A stretch of 61,291 bases of DNA from Candidatus Gottesmanbacteria bacterium (lineage in GTDB: Bacteria; Patescibacteriota; Microgenomatia; UBA10105). The notes beneath the pieces are model-generated. The model saw nothing but the letters and a program-made list of their open reading frames with translations, did not search any database and had not been told where the DNA came from. Positions 1 to 8,030 of the stretch are shown here, piece after piece (position 1 is the stretch's first letter; each line of letters starts with the position of its first letter). Position numbers and translations under genes: made by a program. Location of the stretch: positions 7,535 to 68,825 of the forward strand of contig JAHFKJ010000005.1 in the NCBI GenBank assembly GCA_023245415.1, given 5' to 3'.

Positions 1-1
1 C

Positions 2-790
2 TTTGAATCAAGCGATCTAACTCATGCGGAATTTGAAAAATTCACGCGAGAATTAAACCTGCTCACCCTACTACCTACGCAAAATCGTATCGAAAACATG
101 CGTATCATAAAAAATCTAGATGAAATTACGAAACTTAAAAAAGCGATCCAGATCACCGACGAGTGTTTTGCAAAAATTCTTACACATCTAAAATCAGGAG
201 TTTCGGAATCTGAAATCGCCTGGGACATAGAAACATATTTTCGTAACAATGGCGCCCAGTCGGCGTTCCCCCCCATCGTTGCGTTTGACGTAAATGCCTC
301 TCAACCTCACTACGCGTCCTCTGAACGCTATACGTTAAACGCTAACTCGCTCATTCTCCTTGATTTTGGTGCCAAGTTTAATGGTTACTGCGCAGATATG
401 ACACGAATGGCATTTTTGGGTTATCCAAATCCTGAAATTGAAAAAGCATATGAGGCTTTAAAAAATGCCCAACAGAAGGCACTCGATTTATTAAAAGCAG
501 GAAAAAGAAATGGAGCTCATCTTGATAAAGCTACACGAGATGAATTGGCTATAGCGAGTTATCCACCCTACCCTCACAGTTTAGGACACGCTGTAGGGTT
601 GGCAATTCATGAAGCACCCCGTCTAAGTATACGCCAGGATGAAATCCTAAAACCCGGCATGGTTGTATCTGTTGAACCGGGAATTTACGTAGAAGGCAAA
701 TTCGGAATGCGCATCGAAGATTTGGTCTTGATAACTGATACGGGAATTGAAGTATTATCAAAATCTCCGAAAAACCTTACCGTATTATAA
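2..790 (+). CDS. Xaa-Pro aminopeptidase-type M24B metallopeptidase, 5-prime partial (runs off window start)
   Basis: Frame of ORF 98..790 stays open back to nt 2 (FESSDLTHAEFEKF..IENMRIIK). Pita-bread motifs HSLGHAVGLAIHEAP and VEPGIY..G.RIED are present. Confidence 0.85.
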   Translation, partial: FESSDLTHAEFEKFTRELNLLTLLPTQNRIENMRIIKNLDEITKLKKAIQITDECFAKILTHLKSGVSESEIAWDIETYFRNNGAQSAFPPIVAFDVNASQPHYASSERYTLNANSLILLDFGAKFNGYCADMTRMAFLGYPNPEIEKAYEALKNAQQKALDLLKAGKRNGAHLDKATRDELAIASYPPYPHSLGHAVGLAIHEAPRLSIRQDEILKPGMVVSVEPGIYVEGKFGMRIEDLVLITDTGIEVLSKSPKNLTVL

Positions 791-802
791 TTAGTCAACT
801 GT

Positions 803-1102
803 ATGGACAAAAATCAATCTTATCCCACGCCCGAAATGACACAGTTATTTAAAGCCATCTGCCAGCTTAAATCTGAAAATGAAGCTGAAAAATTCTTTAG
901 GGATCTACTGACGCTCCCAGAACTTAAAGAGTTCGCCAATAGATGGCAAATTGTTAAATTACTGATACAAAGAAAACCGTATACAGAAATTGCCCAGAAA
1001 CTCCAAGTTTCGACGGCGACAGTGACCCGCGTCGCCCATTGGCTCCATCGGGGCATGGGTGGTTACCAACTCATTGCTTCTCGAATTTTAAAATCCCGGT
1101 AA
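803..1102 (+). CDS. TrpR-like YerC/YecD family DNA-binding protein
   Basis: 99 aa. FFRDLLT..E...ANRW.I..LL and the HTH YTEIAQKLQVSTATVTRV are typical of the YerC/YecD Trp-repressor-related family. Confidence 0.75.
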   Translation: MDKNQSYPTPEMTQLFKAICQLKSENEAEKFFRDLLTLPELKEFANRWQIVKLLIQRKPYTEIAQKLQVSTATVTRVAHWLHRGMGGYQLIASRILKSR

Positions 1103-1347
1103 AACAAAATGTAAGTCAGTAGCTGGATAAAATAAGCATTGACGTGCGATATTATTGGCAAATTTTAGGGATACTTTTTATATTTTTTGGTCATGAAGAT
1201 CGCCGGACTGCCCGGCTCACGATATGACGTATTTTCACTCACATTTTGATCAATGCACACGTGACCTACTATAGTTATATTCATAAAAATTGAGAGTAAC
1301 AATTATTACTATCATTATACAAAATATGAACACAGGCCTGCCACCTC

Positions 1348-1376
1348 TTGACAGCTTTATATTAGTATGTTAATAT
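1348..1376 (+). promoter_or_regulatory. sigma70-like promoter (TTGACA, 17 nt spacer, TAATAT)
   Basis: TTGACA at 1348-1353, a 17-nt spacer, TAATAT at 1371-1376. It lies in a 530-nt ORF-free gap. Confidence 0.6.
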
Positions 1377-1420
1377 ACTAATACAATGAAGTGCAACTGA
1401 TTTCTTGAGTCTGCCTTCAT

Positions 1421-1510
1421 ATGGTCGACTTAAAAATACGTATGAAAAAATCTAACAGTTTTACTAAACATCATTCAATCCCCTTCGTTGGTGGGTTGAT
1501 TGTCGTGTAA
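1421..1510 (+). CDS. 29-codon leader ORF (MVDLKIRMKKSNSFTKHHSIPFVGGLIVV), candidate leader peptide
   Basis: ATG..TAA ORF lying between the promoter at 1348 and the terminator at 1534. No homology is recognised. Confidence 0.2.
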   Translation: MVDLKIRMKKSNSFTKHHSIPFVGGLIVV

Positions 1511-1533
1511 AGGAAAATCGAACAGATATTTTC

Positions 1534-1559
1534 AAACCCGCTAGCTAGCGGGTTTTTTT
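1534..1559 (+). terminator. Rho-independent terminator / attenuator hairpin
   Basis: AAACCCGCTAGCTAGCGGGTTTTTTT: a GC stem CCCGC/GCGGG with A/U extension and a 7-T tract. The alternative partner GGTGGGTT (1490-1497) can pair with AACCCGCT (1535-1542). Confidence 0.8.
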
Positions 1560-1632
1560 GTGGATTTTAAGAACAACGAGAAAATCAACAGGCTATTTAA
1601 GAAAAAATAAGAAAATAGATTATTACAGAACT

Positions 1633-2451
1633 ATGAAAATAAATAAACTTTTTATATGTTACCCAGGAGGCAATATTAATGCGGTCGTGGCTGATTTAAT
1701 TCCCAAATCAGAACGTACAGTGGTAGCAGAAAAACTTTTAAATACCTACAATTTAAATAAATCTATCGACAGGCAAATAGAACAAGTGCTTTTCTTAGAA
1801 AGGCCTCATAATCCAAAAGCAATGATACGATTATGTCTGACTGGTGAAGAATTTTCTGGAAATGCCTCTTTATGTGCTGCAAGATTAGTACTTTTAGATA
1901 AAAGTTCAGGTTTTATTGAAATTTCCGGCAGTAAAAGACCATTACTTGCTAAAAATTTTGGCAAAGAATACATAAGCTGTGAAATACCATTTTCTAATAC
2001 CCCTAGTTTACAATACAGCAGTGAAAAATATCCGCTTATCAGTATGGAGGGTATCAATCATATCGTTGTTATAATTGAGAAGCTTACATCTTCATTAATA
2101 CTTAGAAAACGCGCCAAGTTAATTATTGAAAATAATAGGCTTAATCAAAAATTAGCAGTTGGTGTATTGTTTGTACTAAAATCCGGCGCAAAAATATTAC
2201 TATTCCCATACATTTATTTCAAAAAAGGGGAAAGGTATGAACTTGTTGCAGAAACTGCATGTGGAAGTGGCAGTGTTGCTGTCGCTATCTATGAGCTGTT
2301 CAACAGTCCAATGATAAATTATCTGACAGTTCCAATAATGCAACCGTCAGGGTATAAGCTCAACGTCAATCTTAAAAAGAAAATCAATCAAATTAATTGT
2401 ACTCTTAAAGGTAAGGTAAAAATACTCTACGAAGGAACATATTATTTATAA
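1633..2451 (+). CDS. DapF-fold (diaminopimelate epimerase-like) protein with first catalytic Cys replaced by Ser
   Basis: It aligns by eye to DapF: GGNINAVVAD ~ GLGNDFMVVD, FSGNASLCAARL ~ QCGNGARCFARF, ETACGSGSVAVA ~ ETQACGSGACAA. The start is taken at ATG 1633, because the TTG at 1558 lies in the terminator T-tract. Confidence 0.7.
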   Translation: MKINKLFICYPGGNINAVVADLIPKSERTVVAEKLLNTYNLNKSIDRQIEQVLFLERPHNPKAMIRLCLTGEEFSGNASLCAARLVLLDKSSGFIEISGSKRPLLAKNFGKEYISCEIPFSNTPSLQYSSEKYPLISMEGINHIVVIIEKLTSSLILRKRAKLIIENNRLNQKLAVGVLFVLKSGAKILLFPYIYFKKGERYELVAETACGSGSVAVAIYELFNSPMINYLTVPIMQPSGYKLNVNLKKKINQINCTLKGKVKILYEGTYYL

Positions 2452-2513
2452 TCAATTTTCCAAACTTCTTGTTTCCATAACAAGAACTTGATACGATACG
2501 AAGGTTACTTAGT

Positions 2514-3737
2514 ATGAATAAAATTCAAAACTTAAAAGGCTTTCGGGATTTTTTGCCCGGTGAAGCGCTCAAACGCGAGTGGCTCAAAAAGAAAATTTCA
2601 GATACGTTTAAACTCTGGGGGTATGATCCTCTGGAAACTCCCACGCTTGAACCACTCGAACTTTTTGCCGGGCAAATTGGTGAAGATGAAAAATTATTTT
2701 TCAAATTCAAAGATCCCGGTGGTCGCGATGTAGCCCTTCGCTACGACCAAACAGTCCCTACCTGCCGTGTCGTAGGTCAATACGGCGGACAATTGGTCAT
2801 GCCTTTCAAACGCTTTCAAATCCAATCAGCGTTTCGCGCCGAAAACACTCAAAAAGGACGCTACCGTGAATTTTTGCAGGCTGATGCGGATATTTTTGGC
2901 ATTGATTCCCCGTTTGCGGATGCCGAGGTGATCGCTTTATCTTTGGATATATACAAGCAAATTGGTTTTAAACGGGCGAAAGTACTCATCAATGATCGCA
3001 CACTCCTTAAAGATTTTCCCTATGAAGCAATCGTGGCAATCGATAAAATCAAAAAAATTGGCGCAGACGGGGTGATAAAGACTATGGAAAATAAAGGTAT
3101 AACTTTTGAAGATGCAAAAAAATATCTGCAGACGATAAAAAATCTCCAACCAAATGAGACGATTAAAACAATTCTGAACTACTTAAAATCAGCCGGGTAC
3201 CCGCCAGATTGGTACGAGTTTGACCCAACGATCGCCCGCTCATTTTCATACTCTTCCGGGGTTATTTGGGAAGTGGAAATTCCTGACTATCCGGGGTCTT
3301 CAATTTTAGGAGGTGAACACTACGACAAACTAATTGAAAAAATCTCCGGCGCTCAAATTCCCGGAACCGGATTTGCTGTCGGTTTTGACCGCACGTTTGA
3401 GGCGGCAGTATCACTGAATTTAATTCCTCAAGTCACTACGAATACTCACGTTTTAGTAACCATATTTGATTCAAGTTTACAAACTAAATCACTTGAAGTA
3501 GCAATGACACTGCGAAACGCTCACATTCAAACTGAACTGTATCCTGATCCCAATGCCAAGCTGGAAAAACAACTAAAATATGCTGACCGTAAAGGTATTC
3601 CCTTTTGTGTGATTATCGGACCCCAAGAAGCTGGCACTAATAAAGTAAAACTTAAAAACATGAAAGAAAAAAGTCAAGAAGTGATAAATATGGAGGAACT
3701 TATTAAGAATTACGCACATAGGGTTCAACCCTTTTAG
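2514..3737 (+). CDS. hisS: histidine--tRNA ligase
   Basis: GFRDFLP, LRYDQTVP and FKRFQIQSAFRAE..QKGRYREF are class II HisRS motifs, with a C-terminal anticodon-binding domain. Confidence 0.93.
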   Translation: MNKIQNLKGFRDFLPGEALKREWLKKKISDTFKLWGYDPLETPTLEPLELFAGQIGEDEKLFFKFKDPGGRDVALRYDQTVPTCRVVGQYGGQLVMPFKRFQIQSAFRAENTQKGRYREFLQADADIFGIDSPFADAEVIALSLDIYKQIGFKRAKVLINDRTLLKDFPYEAIVAIDKIKKIGADGVIKTMENKGITFEDAKKYLQTIKNLQPNETIKTILNYLKSAGYPPDWYEFDPTIARSFSYSSGVIWEVEIPDYPGSSILGGEHYDKLIEKISGAQIPGTGFAVGFDRTFEAAVSLNLIPQVTTNTHVLVTIFDSSLQTKSLEVAMTLRNAHIQTELYPDPNAKLEKQLKYADRKGIPFCVIIGPQEAGTNKVKLKNMKEKSQEVINMEELIKNYAHRVQPF

Positions 3738-3768
3738 CTATATAAAATTGAAATTAGGGTTGAACCCT
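3720..3768. repeat. R1 repeat: AGGGTTCAACCCT / AGGGTTGAACCCT inverted pair, 25-nt spacer
   Basis: GGGTTCAACCC at 3721-3731 and GGGTTGAACCC at 3757-3767. The same architecture recurs at 22030-22078 and in shortened form at 53024-53056. Confidence 0.85.
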
Positions 3769-3784
3769 TTACAAACTACCCAAC

Positions 3785-4711
3785 ATGAAATGGTTTAAGT
3801 CTTTAAATAATAAACAAATCGCGATTATCGCCCTGATTATTGCCAATACGATATGGGGCGCTGCCTCACCGATATTTAAATGGTCGTTGCAAAATATTCC
3901 TCTTTTTACGCTGGCTTTTTTTCGCTTTTATTTCGCTACGCTGCTTTTGCTCCCTTTTGCCATCAGACAAAATTTACGTTTAACCGGAGAGGGAATTATC
4001 AAAATAGCCAGTCTGACTTTTTTTGGAATCACCGTCAACATAATCTTCTTCTTCCTGGGACTAAAGTTTGCGCCCTCAATTAACGCTCCCATCATCGCTT
4101 CCTCTGGTCCAATTCTATTAATCATAGCTTCGATACTAATACTTAAGGAAAAACCGGCAAAAAAAACTATAATCGGCACCTGTGTGGGCTTAATTGGTGT
4201 ATTTATCATCATTCTGCGGCCACTGCTGGAAAATGGATTTAATTTCTCGGCAATTCTAGGTAATAGTTTTTTTGTACTAGCAACGATTGGGGCAGTCGGT
4301 CACACGATCGTAAGTAAGGAAATTCTGGGTCGTTATTCTGCCCTGTATATCACCTTCTGGTCTTTTCTTCTGGGAAGTATCTCATTTTTCCCATTTTTTC
4401 TAAGTGAAACTTTTGCTAATAATGGAATTTTGCGATTGGACATCAGAGGCTGGACAGGTTTAATATTCGGCATATTTTTATCTTCAACACTTGCCTATCT
4501 GATTTACGAATGGGCAATAGAAAAAATGACCGCTTCCGAGACTGGGATATTTACCTACGTTGACCCGGTGGTAGCTACAATTATCGCCATTCCCCTACTT
4601 CATGAAGTAATTACACCTTTGTTTATTCTCGGATCTTTTTTCGTATTCTTAGGAATTTTTGTGGCTGAAGGCCGCTTCCACTGGCACCCGCTCCATATAC
4701 TTCATAATTAA
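3785..4711 (+). CDS. EamA/DMT-family transporter
   Basis: 308 aa with about 10 TM segments in two EamA-like halves. Confidence 0.8.
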   Translation: MKWFKSLNNKQIAIIALIIANTIWGAASPIFKWSLQNIPLFTLAFFRFYFATLLLLPFAIRQNLRLTGEGIIKIASLTFFGITVNIIFFFLGLKFAPSINAPIIASSGPILLIIASILILKEKPAKKTIIGTCVGLIGVFIIILRPLLENGFNFSAILGNSFFVLATIGAVGHTIVSKEILGRYSALYITFWSFLLGSISFFPFFLSETFANNGILRLDIRGWTGLIFGIFLSSTLAYLIYEWAIEKMTASETGIFTYVDPVVATIIAIPLLHEVITPLFILGSFFVFLGIFVAEGRFHWHPLHILHN

Positions 4712-4791
4712 GTAAATTTACTAAAAAAATTGCATTAAGTTAAACAATACAACGATTTTGTGTAATTCTATAGCAAAAAGTGCTGAAACTG

Positions 4792-4800
4792 TGGTATAAT
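4792..4800 (+). promoter_or_regulatory. extended -10 element TGgTATAAT upstream of rpmE
   Basis: TGGTATAAT ends 6 nt before ATG 4807. There is no good -35, which implies a very short leader. Confidence 0.4.
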
Positions 4801-4806
4801 ACCCTA

Positions 4807-5118
4807 ATGAAATCGAATATTCATCCCCAATGGTACCCGCAAGCACTTGTCAATTGCGCCTGTGGAAACACATTCAAAATTGGCTCAACTAAAGATGGTT
4901 TTCGGGTTGAAATTTGTTCGAAATGTCATCCGTTTTTTACCGGTGAGATGCGTTATGCTGATACCGAAGGTAAAGTAAGCAGCTTCATCAAGAAGCAGGA
5001 AAAAGCCAAAGAACAGGCGCCAATACTTGCCAAAAAGAAAGCTAAAAAGCAGGGCCTCAAACTGCAAAACGAAGTCACCGGTCCGAAATCCCTCAAAGAA
5101 ATGCTCATGGGAGCTTAA
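4807..5118 (+). CDS. rpmE: 50S ribosomal protein L31 (Zn-ribbon type) with Lys-rich C-terminal extension
   Basis: MKSNIHPQWY..CACGNTF..CSKCHPFFTG. The start is taken at ATG 4807, because the GTG at 4780 overlaps the -10 box. About 35 extra C-terminal residues. Confidence 0.9.
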   Translation: MKSNIHPQWYPQALVNCACGNTFKIGSTKDGFRVEICSKCHPFFTGEMRYADTEGKVSSFIKKQEKAKEQAPILAKKKAKKQGLKLQNEVTGPKSLKEMLMGA

Positions 5119-5198
5119 GTAGTAATTATAAAACTAAAATCCCAAAACTAAAAGACCTTCTTCACGAGATTTTTGATCGAAATTAATGGAAAATTAGT

Positions 5199-5915
5199 GT
5201 GGTTATTAATATTGATATGAAAACTGACATTGCAATTTTAGAATTTCGACCCGGCCCGGGAGGCGAAGAGGCCAGAATTTGGGCCCAGGATTTGCTGCGT
5301 ATGTACACCCGCTACGCCAGCATATCAGCGTGGAAAGTCGAACAACTCAGCGATACAGCTTTACGAATCCGCGGACCGGAAGTTTTTACAAAGCTACAAT
5401 ATGAATCAGGAACTCATCGGGTCCAGCGCATTCCGATAACTGAACGTTCGGGACGCATCCATACTTCTACCGCCACCGTGGCAGTTTTACCCGATGTTCC
5501 CGAAACTGAAATTAATATCCGGCCCGAAGACCTGGCGTGGGAGTTTTATCGCTCGGGTGGAAAAGGCGGTCAAAACGTCAACAAGGTTTCTTCCGCTGCC
5601 CGGGTCAGACATACGCCCTCCGGGATTATAGCTTCTGCTCAAACCGAACGCGACCAATATCAAAACCGTGCTGTTGCCTTATCCATCTTACGCAGTAAAC
5701 TCTGGGAACAAATGGAACTGAAAAGAACACAAGCCTTAGGTGAAGCACGCAGTGTAATTGGCAAAGGCATGCGAGCCGAAAAAATCCGTACGTATAATTA
5801 TCCCCAATCTCGAGTCACTGACCATCGAATAAATAAATCCTGGCACAACCTGGAAGATGTGCTGGATGGAAAAATGGCAAAAATTACGCAAACTTTACTT
5901 ACTTCTCAAGTTTAA
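5199..5915 (+). CDS. prfA: peptide chain release factor, RF1-type (PIT tripeptide, GGQ), lacking N-terminal domain 1
   Basis: RVQRIPITERSGRIHTSTATVAVLP (PxT type), GGKGGQNVNKV and RTYNYPQSRVTDHRI. Only 238 aa, and it begins at the equivalent of about residue 105 of E. coli RF1. An alternative start is ATG 5217. Confidence 0.85.
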   Translation: MVINIDMKTDIAILEFRPGPGGEEARIWAQDLLRMYTRYASISAWKVEQLSDTALRIRGPEVFTKLQYESGTHRVQRIPITERSGRIHTSTATVAVLPDVPETEINIRPEDLAWEFYRSGGKGGQNVNKVSSAARVRHTPSGIIASAQTERDQYQNRAVALSILRSKLWEQMELKRTQALGEARSVIGKGMRAEKIRTYNYPQSRVTDHRINKSWHNLEDVLDGKMAKITQTLLTSQV

Positions 5916-5926
5916 CATTTATAATT

Positions 5927-6733
5927 ATGAAGACTACTTTACAGTTACCCCAAATCAACCCAGAAAAAGAAACTCAAAAAATCACCCAGTTTATTAAAGA
6001 CACTTTAAAAAAACAGAGATTTAAAAAAGCGGTGATTGCTCTCTCGGGCGGAGTTGATTCCACAACGACATTGTATTTAACCCTCCAAGCTCTGGGTAAG
6101 CAAAATGTCGATATACTCTTGCTACCCTATGGAACAATGAGTGATGAGGCAACTCGAGATGCTACAGTTGCCTGTGAAATCGCAAATGTTTCAAAAAGTA
6201 ATATTCAGACAATTGATATCAGAAGTGCGGTTGATACTCTAGTTACATCCCTGAATATTCGCAATAACGACATTTCTGCCGGACATCGGGTCGGCAACAT
6301 TATGGCCCGGATCAGAATGATCGAAATTTTTGATCAGGCTAAAAAAATGAATTCGCTCGTTATTGGCACTGAAAATAAAAGCGAACATTATTTAGGATAT
6401 TTTACGCGTTTTGGCGATGAAGCGTCTGACATCGAACCAATCCGCCACCTGTATAAAACTCAAATTTTTGAACTGGCTCGCTATTTAGGAGTACCTGACA
6501 AAGTTGTCACCAAGGCCCCAACTGCAGAGTTATGGCAGGGACAAACCGATGAAGGCGAATTTGGATTTACCTATACCACTGCGGATCAAATTTTGTATGG
6601 ATTAGTAGAAAAAAAACTTTCGCCAAAACAGCTTCTGAAATCCGGCATCAGACAGTCCGATATTAATCGCGTCATGAAACGGGTGGAAGCAAATCAGTTT
6701 AAACACCATGTACCGATACTGCTAAAGAAGTAA
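5927..6733 (+). CDS. nadE: NH3-dependent NAD+ synthetase
   Basis: PP-loop ALSGGVDSTT, plus GTENKSE..GYFTRFGD and the C-terminal KH.P motif. Confidence 0.9.
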   Translation: MKTTLQLPQINPEKETQKITQFIKDTLKKQRFKKAVIALSGGVDSTTTLYLTLQALGKQNVDILLLPYGTMSDEATRDATVACEIANVSKSNIQTIDIRSAVDTLVTSLNIRNNDISAGHRVGNIMARIRMIEIFDQAKKMNSLVIGTENKSEHYLGYFTRFGDEASDIEPIRHLYKTQIFELARYLGVPDKVVTKAPTAELWQGQTDEGEFGFTYTTADQILYGLVEKKLSPKQLLKSGIRQSDINRVMKRVEANQFKHHVPILLKK

Positions 6734-6771
6734 CTGTCTTGATAAACTTGGTAAATCCTATATTTTGAAAT

Positions 6772-7965
6772 CTAGCCTGAATATTCGGAGAGGGTTATTG
6801 TTATCGTTGCATCTTTTCCATCTCTCCAATATGTCACAGTTATAGTATCGCCGACTTTTTTCCTGCTGATAATCTGTGCGACTTCGCCATCAGTTCCCGC
6901 TACACGCTGGTTATCTATTTTGGTAATTATATCTCCTTTATCAAGACCTACCTTTTCCGCCGGACTGCCTGAAATCACCGCGACGATATACGCTCCTTCC
7001 GGTACATCGTTTAAAAGTGCGATTCTTTTGTCGATACTTTTATATTTAACTCCCAAAAATGGCCGTGAAAATTGACCAGTATTATTAAAGTTTACCAATG
7101 CTTCTTTTACTACATTTATAGGCAGGGCAAATCCGATGTTTTGTCCTCCTTGGGCAATAGCAGTATTTACGCCGATCGCCTGACCCGATGAATTAAGCAA
7201 TGGCCCACCTGAGTTACCCGGGTTGATTGCTGCATCAGTCTGAATAACGTTATCCAATTTTTCACCAACTCCATCAAATGGACCCCCGGCAGTAATTCCC
7301 CGGCCTAAACCTGAGATCACACCGGTCGTTACCGTATTGCGAAATTCTCCCAAAGCAGTACCAATCGCGATTGCGAATTGTCCCGCTTTAAGTTTTGACG
7401 AATCTCCCATTTCAATCGGCTGTAAGCCAGTTGCGGTGATCTTAAGTATAGCCAAATCATTCGTCGGATCACGATATATTTTCTGCACATCATAAGTTTT
7501 GTCATTTATAGTTATCACCCGATATTTAGCATCGGTTTCAGAAACGACATGCTTATTCGTTACTATGAGTCCATCACTTGAGACAATAAAACCGCTACCG
7601 ATATCCTGTTCTATTTTTTCCATTTTTCCCGGCTGTTGCTGACGAAATACATTAAAAGGATCATACGGGTCAATTTCAAAAGGCCTGCCAGTAGATCGGG
7701 TTGTGGAAATCCCTACTGTAACGACCGATGGCGATACTTTATCTACAACGTCAACTACCAGCGATTCTTCATGTACCACGCGTACATTTTCATCTTTTAC
7801 CGTACTTGGGAAAGACGACTTATTACTTGTAAACGCGGGAAGTTTAATCCGCTGCCCAATGTCTTTCCAGGTTATACCAAAAACTCCGGAAGAAACTCCA
7901 ATCCAGATCGAAATAAGCAAAGCACCAATAAGAAGTATATTACGTGATTTATTCATCGTTATCAT
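6772..7965 (-). CDS. HtrA/DegP-family serine protease with PDZ domain
   Basis: N-terminal TM, TNKHV, DLAILK and GNSGGPL catalytic-triad contexts, and a C-terminal PDZ. Confidence 0.9.
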   Translation of the reverse strand: MITMNKSRNILLIGALLISIWIGVSSGVFGITWKDIGQRIKLPAFTSNKSSFPSTVKDENVRVVHEESLVVDVVDKVSPSVVTVGISTTRSTGRPFEIDPYDPFNVFRQQQPGKMEKIEQDIGSGFIVSSDGLIVTNKHVVSETDAKYRVITINDKTYDVQKIYRDPTNDLAILKITATGLQPIEMGDSSKLKAGQFAIAIGTALGEFRNTVTTGVISGLGRGITAGGPFDGVGEKLDNVIQTDAAINPGNSGGPLLNSSGQAIGVNTAIAQGGQNIGFALPINVVKEALVNFNNTGQFSRPFLGVKYKSIDKRIALLNDVPEGAYIVAVISGSPAEKVGLDKGDIITKIDNQRVAGTDGEVAQIISRKKVGDTITVTYWRDGKDATITITLSEYSG

Positions 7966-8030
7966 CCCTTAAATATTATTGTAACATTAGCGCTACTAAC
8001 TGAAAAATAGCTGAAGATCAATCAGAAAGT

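Noticed and set aside
1380-1560. A known riboswitch class in the leader before the DapF-like gene: a lysine riboswitch (L-box) or a T-box.
   Set aside because: No L-box core (AGAGGCGC-type) and no T-box sequence (AGGGUGGNACCGCG) is present; only GGUGGGUU is loosely similar. I kept it as an unclassified attenuator candidate instead.
1558-1632. TTG- or GTG-initiated N-terminal extensions in the ORF track at 1558, 15476, 53044 and 59131.
   Set aside because: Each extension is encoded by a terminator T-tract or by one of the repeat elements (R2, R1, R3). Family alignments favour the downstream ATG in every case.
3721-3731. GGGTTCAACCC resembles a tRNA T-arm (GGTTCRAWTCC), which raised the possibility of tRNA genes or tRNA-derived elements.
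   Set aside because: The loop would be only 5 nt. No acceptor, D or anticodon arms can be drawn around any of the three loci, and the copies occur as inverted pairs.
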